Assembly (NCBI GenBank): GCA_045652705.1
Contig: JAZRUV010000001.1
Span: 12,268 to 76,267, forward strand
Direction of reading: 5' to 3'
Length of the DNA: 64,000 nucleotides
Origin: Clostridia bacterium
GTDB taxonomy: Bacteria > Bacillota > Clostridia > TANB77 > CAG-465
Below the pieces are notes generated by a model. It worked only from the letters and a program-made list of their open reading frames with translations. It did not search any database and was not told the DNA's origin. Below, piece after piece: positions 37,007 to 47,519 of this stretch. How positions within the stretch are numbered: position 1 is the stretch's first letter; every line of letters starts with the position of its first letter. The position numbers and the translations under genes are program-made.

Positions 37007-37031
37007 GTTTACCTACTCAGATATTATGTGG

Positions 37032-38534
37032 TTAATCCTTTTTAAGCGGTTTCATTGTTGGGAAGAATAGAATGTCTCTGATTGAATAGCTGTTTGTAAG
37101 AAGCATTATTAGTCTGTCTAAACCTATTCCTAGTCCTCCTGTAGGTGGTAAACCTATTTCTAAGCAATTTACGAAATCTTCATCCATTCCACCAGCTTCT
37201 TCATCACCTTTTGCTTTTGCTTCAGCTTGTTTTACAAATCTTTCATATTGGTCTATTGGGTCGTTAAGTTCAGAATAAGCATTACCATATTCTCTTCCAC
37301 CAATAAATAGTTCAAATCTTTCAACAAGTGTTGGGTTAGATGGTTTTCTCTTAGTTAGAGGCGATACTTCTACAGGATAGTCTATTATAAATGTTGGTTG
37401 AATTAATGTATCTTCAACAAACTCTTCAAAGAACATATTTATAATGTGTCCTCTTGTATTTTTTAGTTCGTCTACTTCTAGTCCTTTAGATTTAGCTAGT
37501 TCTTGAGCCTCCACATCTGTTTTTATTGTTTCAAAATCTATGCCTGTTACATCTTTAATAGCTGTAATCATAGGTATTCTCTTCCAACCAGGTGTTAAAT
37601 CTATATCTACTCCTTGATAGTTTATTTTTGTTGTTCCAAGAACATTTATAGCTATAGTAGATATAATTTCTTCTGCTATATCCATCATATCGTTATAATC
37701 TTCATAAGCAGAATATAACTCTATATTGGTAAATTCAGGATTGTGCTTAATATCCATTCCTTCATTTCTAAAGTTTCTACCGATTTCATAAACTTTTTCA
37801 ATACCACCAGCTATAATTCTTTTTAGATTTAGTTCTGGTGCTATTCTTAAATACATGTCCAAATTTAATGTATTGTGGTGAGTTACGAATGGTCTTGCAG
37901 CGTCTCCTGTAGCAACAGTTGTAAGTATAGGTGTTTCTACTTCAATGTAACCTTTATCGTCTAGAATTCTTCTTAATTCCTTTATGATTTTACTTCTTAC
38001 AATAAATGTATCTTTAACCTCAGGATTCATTATCATATCAACATATCTTTGACGATATCTTAAATCTACATCTTTAAGTCCGTGGTACTTTTCAGGAAGA
38101 GGTCTTAAAGACTTAGTAAGAAGCGTTATTTCTTTTGCGTGTACAGAAATTTCCTCTGTTCTTGTTTTAAATACAAAACCTTTAACTTCTATAATATCTC
38201 CTATATCATAAGATTTAAATTCTTTATATGCTTCTTCTCCTAAATCGTTTGTGCTAATATATAGTTGAAGTCTTCCAAACATATCTTGTATATGACAGAA
38301 AGATGCTTTACGCATAATTATTTTACCCATAATTCTTCCAGCAATTAGAACATCTTTTTCTGCTAATTCATCATAGTTATCTTTAATTTCCTTGCTAGTA
38401 TGAGTTCTATCAAATTTTGTTACTTCAAATGGATCGCGCCCATTTGCTCTAAGTTCTTTCAGCTTGTCCTTTCTAACTTCAACTAATTTTTCTACATCTT
38501 GTTCTAATTCTACATTATTGTTTTCTTCTTGCAT
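37032..38534 (-). CDS. lysS: Lysine--tRNA ligase (class II)
   Basis: 500 aa with an OB anticodon-binding N-domain and class II motifs (YEIGRNFRNEG, GGLGIGLDRL). Confidence 0.96.
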   Translation of the reverse strand: MQEENNNVELEQDVEKLVEVRKDKLKELRANGRDPFEVTKFDRTHTSKEIKDNYDELAEKDVLIAGRIMGKIIMRKASFCHIQDMFGRLQLYISTNDLGEEAYKEFKSYDIGDIIEVKGFVFKTRTEEISVHAKEITLLTKSLRPLPEKYHGLKDVDLRYRQRYVDMIMNPEVKDTFIVRSKIIKELRRILDDKGYIEVETPILTTVATGDAARPFVTHHNTLNLDMYLRIAPELNLKRIIAGGIEKVYEIGRNFRNEGMDIKHNPEFTNIELYSAYEDYNDMMDIAEEIISTIAINVLGTTKINYQGVDIDLTPGWKRIPMITAIKDVTGIDFETIKTDVEAQELAKSKGLEVDELKNTRGHIINMFFEEFVEDTLIQPTFIIDYPVEVSPLTKRKPSNPTLVERFELFIGGREYGNAYSELNDPIDQYERFVKQAEAKAKGDEEAGGMDEDFVNCLEIGLPPTGGLGIGLDRLIMLLTNSYSIRDILFFPTMKPLKKD

Positions 38535-38577
38535 ATTATTCCCCTCCTTATATATGCCACACAGAGCATGTAACTTT

Positions 38578-39054
38578 CTACACGCTCTTTTTAATATCTA
38601 ATATTTTGTATTTATTAACTCCATCTGGAACTTCAACTTCTATTTCATCATCCTTACGTTTACCAAATAAAGCCTTACCTACTGGAGATTCTAAAGAAAT
38701 TTTGCTTTGAGCCACATCTATTTCAGTTGCTCCAACTATGTGATATTCTATTTCCTCTTCAAATTCATAATCATAAAGTTTTACGGTAGTTCCAATACCT
38801 ACAGAATTTGTAGATACTTTCTCTACGATTTTTGCTGAACGAAGCATTGCTTCTGTTTCTGCAATTTTTGCTTCAAGTAATGCTTGCTCGTTTTTAGCTT
38901 CATCATATTCTGAATTTTCAGATAAGTCTCCGTACTCTCTAGCTTGTTTTATCTTTTCAGCAACTTCCATTTTTCTTGGTCCTTTAAGATAAGCTAGTTC
39001 TTCTTGTAATTTTTTATACCCTTCTTCTGTAAGAAGTGTTTCGTTGTTTTCCAT
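38578..39054 (-). CDS. greA: Transcription elongation factor GreA
   Basis: 158 aa. [19 protein letters not shown] coiled-coil tip, C-terminal S.SP.G.AL.GK. Confidence 0.95.
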   Translation of the reverse strand: MENNETLLTEEGYKKLQEELAYLKGPRKMEVAEKIKQAREYGDLSENSEYDEAKNEQALLEAKIAETEAMLRSAKIVEKVSTNSVGIGTTVKLYDYEFEEEIEYHIVGATEIDVAQSKISLESPVGKALFGKRKDDEIEVEVPDGVNKYKILDIKKSV

Positions 39055-39096
39055 TATTTTTCCTCCTAATTAAGTCCTTATAGTTTACCGCAAATA

Positions 39097-39939
39097 CTAC
39101 GATTTGTCAAGAACATTTGTTATTTTATTAACCACCCTTGCTAGTTCTAGATTATCATATTTCAACTTTAGCTCATCTATATTTTTAACATTTACATTTT
39201 GTTTATTTGTAAATTCCTTTAAATATATTAAATTTGAGTTATATTTATCCTGGTTTGTTGTTTCTAAATCTATTACCTGTGAACTTTTGTTTAATCTAAA
39301 TCTAGGGTAATTTTCCTTAAAATCATCTACAAAATAAATAACATTATAATCAATAAAAGACTTTCTTTCTTTTTTTAATATTTCTATTGTTGTTCCTTCC
39401 GTTTTGTTTATTTGTTTTATTCTTTTTAAAATATATTCCGAAGGAGCGTCCTTTAAGTATATATTTACACTTTTAAATTTCCTTATTAAATTCAAAAGCA
39501 GAGTAATATTCAAGTTTTTAGAGTTTGTTACAACTAATAGTACTTTTACTTCATACGATTTTAATTGTTCATTTTTACTTACATATTCATCAATATATCT
39601 AAACACATTATTGTCCATTTCATTTGTCTTTGATAATTTATAGCCTAACAGTTGTTCTAATTTATTAGATAAATATTTATTGCTCACATTTATATTTTTA
39701 GACAATATATAATACCACTTTTTATCGTAACTATCCAAAGCTTTAAGTATTATTTTTTCTATTTTTATATCATAATATTTATATTTCATTTTTTCAAGAA
39801 TACGTCTAGGCTCATTGTTCATTGAGTTTAATGTGCTCTTAGAAAATACCACTTCATTTATGTAACAATTACTATCTAACTCTATTTTATTTATTTCACT
39901 TTTGCTTTTATCTTGCACATTAAATAAAATAAATTTCAT
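39097..39939 (-). CDS. Hypothetical protein in the position normally held by cdaR
   Basis: 280-aa K/N-rich ORF. Start at MKFILF (AAGGTGA 5 nt upstream). No TM helix and no recognisable YbbR repeats by eye. Confidence 0.5.
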   Translation of the reverse strand: MKFILFNVQDKSKSEINKIELDSNCYINEVVFSKSTLNSMNNEPRRILEKMKYKYYDIKIEKIILKALDSYDKKWYYILSKNINVSNKYLSNKLEQLLGYKLSKTNEMDNNVFRYIDEYVSKNEQLKSYEVKVLLVVTNSKNLNITLLLNLIRKFKSVNIYLKDAPSEYILKRIKQINKTEGTTIEILKKERKSFIDYNVIYFVDDFKENYPRFRLNKSSQVIDLETTNQDKYNSNLIYLKEFTNKQNVNVKNIDELKLKYDNLELARVVNKITNVLDKS

Positions 39940-39982
39940 ATATATCACCTTATGAATAATATATATGAATAATTTATTTTGC

Positions 39983-40861
39983 TTATGATATTTTATCTGC
40001 TTTTTCCTCTAATTTGTCTTTAGCTTTCGAAATTTTTACTCTTTCTCTGTTATTATCCAACGATCTAAGTAGTATGCTAGATAATTTATCTCCATTTAAA
40101 TCTCTCTTCATTTTTCCATCTTCAACAAAAGAGATAACACCTGTTTCTTCTGATACTACGATTACAAGTGCGTCAGATACTTCACTCATACCAATAGCTG
40201 CTCTATGCCTTGTTCCCACATTTCTTGGCACCATATTTTCTGATGCTAAAGGTAGTACACATTTAGCTGCTTTTATTTGATTGTTTTCTATAATTACAGC
40301 GCCATCGTGCAGCGGGGTTCTTGGATTAAATATAGTCTGTATAAGTTCAGATGAAACTTTTGCAGATAAATCTACACCCTCACGAATAATATCATTTATT
40401 TTAGTGCTTTGTTCTATAACAATTATTGCACCTATTTTTTTAAGTGACATTATTTCTACTGCTTTAACTATTTCAGAAATAACTTGCTTATCTCTTATTT
40501 TATCATCGAAATCAAAAATATTTGTAAAGTTTTTTCTGCCTAATTTTTCAAGCGCACTTCTTAATTCTGGCTGGAATACTATAATCATTAAAATCATACC
40601 ATATGTTAAGAAATTTTCTAATATAAAGTTCAAAATAACCAAATCTAAAAGTTCGCTTACCGCAAGCAATGCTAATATTATTAAGAACCCTTTGAATATT
40701 TGAACTGCTCTTGTCTTTTTTATCAATACATATATTGAATATACAACTATAGCAACTATTGCTATATCTAATATAAGCATTACAACCCTAAATGGGCTAG
40801 ATAAATCGAACGCGTTTTTTATGTTGGTTAAGAAATTAAAAAATTTTACAGACAAATCCAT
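39983..40861 (-). CDS. cdaA: Diadenylate cyclase CdaA (c-di-AMP synthase)
   Basis: Three N-terminal TM helices and a DAC domain with DGAVII and GTRHRAA motifs. Confidence 0.93.
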   Translation of the reverse strand: MDLSVKFFNFLTNIKNAFDLSSPFRVVMLILDIAIVAIVVYSIYVLIKKTRAVQIFKGFLIILALLAVSELLDLVILNFILENFLTYGMILMIIVFQPELRSALEKLGRKNFTNIFDFDDKIRDKQVISEIVKAVEIMSLKKIGAIIVIEQSTKINDIIREGVDLSAKVSSELIQTIFNPRTPLHDGAVIIENNQIKAAKCVLPLASENMVPRNVGTRHRAAIGMSEVSDALVIVVSEETGVISFVEDGKMKRDLNGDKLSSILLRSLDNNRERVKISKAKDKLEEKADKIS

Positions 40862-40870
40862 CCTAACCTC

Positions 40871-40975
40871 CTACATAATTGCATATATTAAAGACATAAA
40901 TACTCCAAGTACACTACCACCTATAAGAATCCATACTAAAGCTTTTGCCCATAAGCTATTTTTTCCATTTCCCAT
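40871..40975 (-). CDS. 34-aa small membrane ORF immediately upstream of cdaA
   Basis: MGNGKNSLWAKALVWILIGGSVLGVFMSLIYAIM. Its stop is followed by the AGGAGG serving cdaA. Hand-translated. Confidence 0.35.
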   Translation of the reverse strand: MGNGKNSLWAKALVWILIGGSVLGVFMSLIYAIM

Positions 40976-40994
40976 AATACTACCTCTTTTCTTT

Positions 40995-41786
40995 CTAATT
41001 TTCTATTGTTATATCTAAATAATCTTTATTTTCTCCCATCTCTCCAGGATTAAACATTATATGAAGTTTACCACCTTTTACGTAGAACTCTTCTAATCCA
41101 GTTAAAGAATATGTATATGTCTCTGCATTAAATAATTTTTTAGATATTACAAAATCCTTTATTTGTTCTTTTATTATAGTTTTATATGTTGAGCCAAGTA
41201 TTGCTATAGCCGCCTCATCTTGCGTCATAATTTTTCTTGCTGCTAAATCTATATTATATGCATAAAGTTTATATGTCACATCAGTTCCTTTGGCATCATC
41301 AATAATTCTTTCATAGAATGTAAAAGTTAAAATTCTTTTATTATCTACATTACTTTCATATTTGTTATATGTAACTTTGTATGTAAATTTGTTTTCTAAA
41401 TTTTGAACTTCGTCTTTTACAGAGTTGTATCTTACCAAGAATTTGTTCAATATCTCTTCATTTATTTCCGTTAGCTCCTCGCCATCTATTTCAATTTTAG
41501 GCACGGCTATATTTGATTTGAATTTTCCTCCACTTGATTTATACACATCATTTTTTACTTTATATTTAATATTTGCTACATATTCTTCTGAATATATATC
41601 CACCTCTTGATTTGTATTAGTTGAAGTTGCTGGGATATACATGTCTTGTCCTAAAACTGTAGGTTCTGGTTCGTTTGCCATCATATAAAATGTTGCAACA
41701 GTCCCCACACAAGCAAAAAGTACAAACCCGACTATGCCGGCTTTAGAGTTTTTCTTGTTATCCCTGTTATAATTCATTGTTTCCAT
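40995..41786 (-). CDS. Hypothetical membrane-anchored extracytoplasmic protein
   Basis: 263 aa with a TM helix (IVGFVLFACVGTVATFYMM). The C-terminal domain vaguely resembles RsiV/DUF3298. Confidence 0.55.
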   Translation of the reverse strand: METMNYNRDNKKNSKAGIVGFVLFACVGTVATFYMMANEPEPTVLGQDMYIPATSTNTNQEVDIYSEEYVANIKYKVKNDVYKSSGGKFKSNIAVPKIEIDGEELTEINEEILNKFLVRYNSVKDEVQNLENKFTYKVTYNKYESNVDNKRILTFTFYERIIDDAKGTDVTYKLYAYNIDLAARKIMTQDEAAIAILGSTYKTIIKEQIKDFVISKKLFNAETYTYSLTGLEEFYVKGGKLHIMFNPGEMGENKDYLDITIEN

Positions 41787-41869
41787 TTAGTTTACCTCTT
41801 TTTTACCACAAAATTTTATCATATATAATATACAACTGCAAGGAATATGCTCAAATTATTTAATTTATA

Positions 41870-42865
41870 TTAAGTATTCCTAGCCTGAACACAAGTTATA
41901 GCTACAACACCCACTATGTCTTCTGCTTTACATCCACGGGATAAGTCATTTATTGGTTTTGCCAAGCCCTGAGTTATTGGGCCATAAGCATTGGCGCCTG
42001 CAAAACGTTCAACTAGTTTATAGCCTATATTCCCAGCGTCAAGATTTGGAAATACTAAAACGTTTGCAGCTCCTGCAACGTGACTTGTTGGTGCTTTAAG
42101 TCCCGCAACTTTTTCATCCAGCGCTGCATCAAGTTGAAGCTCACCATCTATTACAATATCTGGTCTTAAGTTATTAACTATATTTTTTGCTTCCATAACC
42201 TTTGTTGTAGCGTCAGACTTTGCACTACCTAATGTAGAATAAGATAAAAGTGCTACTTTAGGCTCATTTCCTATAAGCAATTTATATGTATCATTTGCAA
42301 GTATTGCAATTTCCGCAAGGTCTGTTTTATCTGGATTTGGTATTAGCCCGCAGTCCGAAAATATATATTCTTTTTCGTATTTTGAATTTTCTATTTCCAT
42401 TAAAAAGAAAGATGATACAAGCTTAGTTCCACTTTTAGCTTTTACTATTTGAAGCGCTGGTCTTAAAGTATCAGCTGTTGAATGACTTGCTCCTGAAACA
42501 AGTCCATCTGCTAAACCCAGTTTAACCATTAGAACACCAAAGTACACTGGGTCTAACACATATTCGCGAGCCATGTTTACTGTCATACCTTTTTCTTTTC
42601 TTAGTTCGTACAAATAATGTACAAATTCTTCGTAATGTTCACTTTGGGCAGGAGTAATAAATTCAATATCTTCAATACTTATGTGTGCTACTTTTGCCTT
42701 ACGTAAAGCTTGTAATTTGTCTCCTACTAAAATTATTCTTGCAATACCCTGGTCTTTAATAATTCTTGCTGCTTTTATAACCCTCTCATCTTCCGATTCG
42801 GGAAGCACTATTGTTTTAATATCTTGTTTTGCTCTCGCAATAATTTTATCTATTATCTTTTCCAT
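41870..42865 (-). CDS. pta: Phosphate acetyltransferase
   Basis: 331 aa. IVLPE..D.R...A and SGA.H.T.DT.RPALQ motifs of Pta. Confidence 0.93.
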   Translation of the reverse strand: MEKIIDKIIARAKQDIKTIVLPESEDERVIKAARIIKDQGIARIILVGDKLQALRKAKVAHISIEDIEFITPAQSEHYEEFVHYLYELRKEKGMTVNMAREYVLDPVYFGVLMVKLGLADGLVSGASHSTADTLRPALQIVKAKSGTKLVSSFFLMEIENSKYEKEYIFSDCGLIPNPDKTDLAEIAILANDTYKLLIGNEPKVALLSYSTLGSAKSDATTKVMEAKNIVNNLRPDIVIDGELQLDAALDEKVAGLKAPTSHVAGAANVLVFPNLDAGNIGYKLVERFAGANAYGPITQGLAKPINDLSRGCKAEDIVGVVAITCVQARNT

Positions 42866-42884
42866 TAGTTTCTCCCAACAACAA

Positions 42885-43481
42885 TTAAAATAATTTGTTT
42901 TCTTTTCCTGCTATTATTCTTTCAATATTTGCTCTATGATTATATACAACTACAGCAACTGTAATAAGTAATAGTAAAAAGTTATAATTTGTAGCCATAA
43001 ATATATCTAGTACTACAAGCATTATAGAACCTGTAATACTTCCTAAGGACACCATACGAGACACAGCTATCACTGCTACACCTATTCCTATACATATTAG
43101 TGCTATTTTCCAGTCAACTATTATTGCAGACATTAAAAATACTGCAACACCTTTTCCGCCTTTAAATCCATAATATACTGGAAATGAATGCCCAAGAACA
43201 GATGCTAACATATATAATGTTTTAACACTAGACGAAATATTTTCCTTGAACATCCATGCCACTAGACATATAACTCCATAGGGAATCACTACTTTTAAAA
43301 GGTCTAGTATAAACACTAAAGCTCCTATACCTTTTCCCATAGTCCTTATTGCATTTGTTGTTCCTGCGTTCTTACTTCCCAAATTACGTATGTCTGTTTT
43401 TAAAACTCTTTTTGAAATTACTATAGCAGGGTTTATTGCTGCTATTAAGTAAGCTATTAAAAATGTAACTATATATAACAT
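42885..43481 (-). CDS. plsY: Glycerol-3-phosphate acyltransferase PlsY
   Basis: SKNAGTTNA and FKGGKGVA motifs in a 198-aa polytopic protein. Confidence 0.93.
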   Translation of the reverse strand: MLYIVTFLIAYLIAAINPAIVISKRVLKTDIRNLGSKNAGTTNAIRTMGKGIGALVFILDLLKVVIPYGVICLVAWMFKENISSSVKTLYMLASVLGHSFPVYYGFKGGKGVAVFLMSAIIVDWKIALICIGIGVAVIAVSRMVSLGSITGSIMLVVLDIFMATNYNFLLLLITVAVVVYNHRANIERIIAGKENKLF

Positions 43482-44809
43482 TATTCTTCTTTTTCTCCCC
43501 TTTGTCTTACAACAATATTGATTGGAGTGCCCTCTAAATCAAAATGCTGTCTAAATACATTTTCCATGTGTCTAATGTATGAAAAATGTGCTAAGTTTTT
43601 ATCGTTTACAAAAAGTACAAATGTTGGCGGATTAGCCTTAACCTCTGTTCCATAATAAATTTTAAGTCTTTTACCTTTATCTGTCGGTGGTGGAACTATT
43701 GCTACAGCTTCCATGATTATTTCATTTAATACACTTGTAGAAACTCTTAGGCTATTTGCCGCATACACTTTGTTTACAATATTAAATATATCCTCTACCC
43801 TTTTACCAGTCTCGGCAGAAAGTGTAAGTATTGGCGCATAAGACATAAATTTAAAGCTTTTTCTAACTTCTTTTGCATATGATGCCGGTGTCGTTTCTTC
43901 TTTATTTACTAAATCCCACTTGTTTACACCTATTATCATAGCCTTGCCTTTTTCGTGTGCATAACCTGCAATTTTTTCGTCTTGGTCTGTTACACCTTCT
44001 AATGCATCTATTAAAATTATAGCAACATCTGCTCTATCTATTGCAGCTCTTGCTTTTACTATACTGTATTTTTCTATATTATCATAAACTTTATTTTTCT
44101 TTCTAATTCCAGCCGTGTCTATAAATACATAATTGCCATATCTGTTTGAAATTTTACTGTCTGTTGCATCTCTTGTTGTCCCAGCAACATTACTTACAAT
44201 AGCTCTTTCTTCTCCTAATATTTTATTTACTAATGAAGATTTACCAACATTTGGTTTGCCAATAATTGCAACTTTAATACTTGTTTCATCTTCTTCTGTT
44301 TCAGGTATTTCTTTAAAGCTATCATATATTGCGTCTAGCACTTCACCAATTCCAAGTTTTGCTCTTGCTGAAACCGCTAGGGGTTCACCCAAGCCTAAGT
44401 TATAAAATTCATATATGTCTTCTGGTGGAAGCCCTACATTATCTACCTTATTGCAAACAAGTATTACAGGCTTACGAGTACGTCTTAACATTGTTGCAAC
44501 TTCCATATCTTGTGCCACAAGTCCAGCTCTTATATCTACAACAAACACTATAACATCCGCCATATCCATAGCTAGCTCTGCTTGTCTTCTCATCCCTTTA
44601 TATATAACGTCATCTGTTTTAGGTTCTATTCCACCTGTATCTACTATTTGAAATGTCGTACCTCTCCACTCACAATCAGCATATATTCTATCCCTTGTAA
44701 CTCCTGGCTCGTCTGAAACTATAGATAAGGCTTCTCCTGCAAGCAAATTAAAAAAAGTAGATTTACCTACATTCGGTCTTCCCACTATCGCAACTATTTT
44801 CTTTGACAT
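43481..44809 (-). CDS. der: Ribosome biogenesis GTPase Der (EngA)
   Basis: Two tandem G domains (GRPNVGKST and GKPNVGKSS) plus a KH-like C-terminus. Confidence 0.96.
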   Translation of the reverse strand: MSKKIVAIVGRPNVGKSTFFNLLAGEALSIVSDEPGVTRDRIYADCEWRGTTFQIVDTGGIEPKTDDVIYKGMRRQAELAMDMADVIVFVVDIRAGLVAQDMEVATMLRRTRKPVILVCNKVDNVGLPPEDIYEFYNLGLGEPLAVSARAKLGIGEVLDAIYDSFKEIPETEEDETSIKVAIIGKPNVGKSSLVNKILGEERAIVSNVAGTTRDATDSKISNRYGNYVFIDTAGIRKKNKVYDNIEKYSIVKARAAIDRADVAIILIDALEGVTDQDEKIAGYAHEKGKAMIIGVNKWDLVNKEETTPASYAKEVRKSFKFMSYAPILTLSAETGKRVEDIFNIVNKVYAANSLRVSTSVLNEIIMEAVAIVPPPTDKGKRLKIYYGTEVKANPPTFVLFVNDKNLAHFSYIRHMENVFRQHFDLEGTPINIVVRQRGEKEE

Positions 44810-45000
44810 TTTTTCACCTTCTTTTATCCTATATATTTTACATTAATTTTAACTTAAAGTAAAGGTTTTGATGTGAATTTCCAAATTTCTCTTTGTAACA
44901 TATTTATGCAAAAAATGTCACATAAATGTAGTTGTATTTATGTCTGGTTGTAATATAATTAAAATATATTATTGTGTATTTATTTTACAAAGGAGAAGTT

Positions 45001-46248
45001 ATGCAAAGAAACATAAAATTATTTCCAGTATATAAATTATTTTCATACGATATACTGTTTTATTATGCCGTTTCAATACTGTTCTTAACTGGCGCAAAAG
45101 GGTTTAGCTTGTCTCAAGTAGCTTTGCTTTCTAGTATCTATTCTTTTGCCGCAATACTAAGTCAAATACCGGCATCTATTGTTGCAGATAAAATCGGCCT
45201 TAGAAATTCTATGATAGCCGGTAACATTTTAATTATGATATGGGCAATATTTTATTTAATAATCCCAACGTTTAGCCTAATTATTGTAGCAGATTTCTGT
45301 TGTGCTTTTGGGTTTGCATTAAAAGGGGTTTCGGAATCACCTTTCTTATATTCTAGCTTAAAGAAAATGAACAAAGTCTCAGATTTCGCAAAGGTTGAAA
45401 GTAAAGGCTCTTCCCTATACTTTATAGTTGAAGCCATTGCAAGTATAGCTGCTGGATATTTATATTTTATAAACGCATATTTACCAATGATTTTTTCAAC
45501 AACTTGCGCTTTAATTTCAACAGTATTGGCATTTTACATGAAACCAATTAAGACGTTAGATAAAGATAAAAGAACTGCTAAAGAAAGATTTACTGAAATG
45601 TTCGGCGGATTTAAGTTTATATTTAAATCTAAAAGGCTACACGCAATACTAATATTTGCTTGTGTTTTTTATGGAGTACTTTCGTTATCCAATATGTATA
45701 TTAAAACTTTCTTAAACGATATAAATGTATCTTCTAAGATGTTTGGTTACATATTTGCCATTGCATCAGTAGCCTCAGCCGTAGGTTCAATGGTTCAAGA
45801 CAAAATAGAAAAGAGACATAGAAACAAAACACTAACAACAATATCTATTACCTACATATTGTCTTTTGTACTTCTTGGAATGATTGCTTTAATATTTAAA
45901 AACTATAACATATTATTAACAGCTGGTATTATTATATTTTTAATACAATCATTAGTAAAAGGGGCTTACAGAATAATAATAAAAGAATATGTAAGTCGTT
46001 ATACAACTTCATCTATAAGGTCAAAGCTTATGTCTATATATTATTTAGCTGAATCTTTTGGTTCTGCAATATTAATGTTTATAGCAAGTAAAACAATAGA
46101 TTTAGTTCCAATTGGTGTAAGTTACTGTGTATTTGGATTTTGTTTATTTATAGTAATGATACTTATTCTTAACTATATGTCTTCAAGAATGGGCCTTGAC
46201 CCTTCTAAATATGGGAAAAGTGATAGAATGGATTTACAGGAAGAATAA
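45001..46248 (+). CDS. MFS transporter
   Basis: About 12 TM helices. Start at MQRNIK (AGGAGAAG upstream). Confidence 0.8.
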   Translation: MQRNIKLFPVYKLFSYDILFYYAVSILFLTGAKGFSLSQVALLSSIYSFAAILSQIPASIVADKIGLRNSMIAGNILIMIWAIFYLIIPTFSLIIVADFCCAFGFALKGVSESPFLYSSLKKMNKVSDFAKVESKGSSLYFIVEAIASIAAGYLYFINAYLPMIFSTTCALISTVLAFYMKPIKTLDKDKRTAKERFTEMFGGFKFIFKSKRLHAILIFACVFYGVLSLSNMYIKTFLNDINVSSKMFGYIFAIASVASAVGSMVQDKIEKRHRNKTLTTISITYILSFVLLGMIALIFKNYNILLTAGIIIFLIQSLVKGAYRIIIKEYVSRYTTSSIRSKLMSIYYLAESFGSAILMFIASKTIDLVPIGVSYCVFGFCLFIVMILILNYMSSRMGLDPSKYGKSDRMDLQEE

Positions 46249-46298
46249 ATTACCAATATTAAATAAAACAAATTTATATATTATAAAACATATAATAA

Positions 46299-46324
46299 AC
46301 CAAGTCATTTTAATATGACTTGGT
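46299..46324. terminator. Bidirectional rho-independent terminator
   Basis: ACCAAGTCAT-TTTAAT-ATGACTTGGT followed by ATTATTTT. Confidence 0.75.
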
Positions 46325-46339
46325 ATTATTTTATTATGT

Positions 46340-47377
46340 TTAATTTATACAGATATATTCTGGTGTTCTAGCACTTGTTATTTGTGCTGTTTTCCCAGTT
46401 GTTATATCTAATTTGTTTATCCCTATTGTCCCTACCACTGTATAATAAATTGCATTTCCATCTATTTGAATTGACTCAATATTTTTCTTTATAACAAGCT
46501 TTATTTCTTTAGTTTTTGTATTATACATATACAGTGTATTGTTATCGCTTTTATTTATATAATATATAACATCTTTGTAGCAAACAACATTCTCTGCTTT
46601 TGCAATTTTACTATCTACTACTTTTTGTATTTTTCCACCAGATTTAGAAACCACATATAAATTAGTGTCTTTTGAATTTATAAAATATATATTATCTCCA
46701 TTTAATATCATACTAGTAACAATATATTTGTCAGATAATTCTTTTTCTTTTTTACCATTTAAATTATATTTTATTATGCTTTTACTTGTTTTTCCTGCTG
46801 TTATGACATAAATATTATTACCATCTATAACAAATCCAAAACATTTTCCATTGATTATTTTCTTAGTTTCTCCTGAACTTACAACATATTTATATATTCC
46901 ATCATCTAATTTTAAATATATAGCCTCTTCCTGAACTAAATAATCTTGTACTTTTTTATCTGAAATTTGCACTTTCTCGTTAGTCAATAAATCTATTGAG
47001 TATAACTTTCCTGCACAAACACCATATAACTTATTCTCTACAACTTTAATATTGCTAAAGTTTTCACTGCCAATTATTTGTGTTCTTGATTCATCATAAG
47101 ATTTATATAGCATAACTGATGTATTTCCATCTTTAGTATAAGGTTCAGATACGTAATACATTGTCATAGTCCTAGCAAGTTTTGTTTCTTCAACTACTTT
47201 ATTTGCTAGTTTAGTAACATTGTTATATACGTTAAGTTGTTTAAAAACATAAACTCCAAGTAATACTACCACTATAATTAAAAGGACGTACTTAAGCTTA
47301 GAAAGCCAAAAATTGCTTTTCTTTTTGCTTTTTAAATATTCTTTTCTAGTCATTGTATTACCATTAGAATATTCCAC
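46340..47377 (-). CDS. Membrane-anchored beta-propeller-like repeat protein (DUF5050-like)
   Basis: Repeated ...IYY/IYF... blades after a TM helix. GTG 47377 preferred (GGAGG 7 nt upstream); the ORF could extend to 47422. Confidence 0.6.
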   Translation of the reverse strand: MEYSNGNTMTRKEYLKSKKKSNFWLSKLKYVLLIIVVVLLGVYVFKQLNVYNNVTKLANKVVEETKLARTMTMYYVSEPYTKDGNTSVMLYKSYDESRTQIIGSENFSNIKVVENKLYGVCAGKLYSIDLLTNEKVQISDKKVQDYLVQEEAIYLKLDDGIYKYVVSSGETKKIINGKCFGFVIDGNNIYVITAGKTSKSIIKYNLNGKKEKELSDKYIVTSMILNGDNIYFINSKDTNLYVVSKSGGKIQKVVDSKIAKAENVVCYKDVIYYINKSDNNTLYMYNTKTKEIKLVIKKNIESIQIDGNAIYYTVVGTIGINKLDITTGKTAQITSARTPEYICIN

Positions 47378-47519
47378 GATAGCACCTCCTCTAATACATT
47401 TATTATACTCTCCCTCAAGCATTTTTTCAACAAAATATTGTATATTTATTAATATATTTTTTTATTAATATACGAAAAAAGAATAAGCTTTGAAATATCA
47501 AAACTTATTCTTTTTATTG

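Noticed and set aside
44900-44960. Imperfect palindrome (ACATATTTATG...CACATAAATGT) upstream of the MFS gene as an operator
   Set aside because: The match is poor (several mismatches) and no cognate regulator is nearby. It is indistinguishable from chance in AT-rich DNA.
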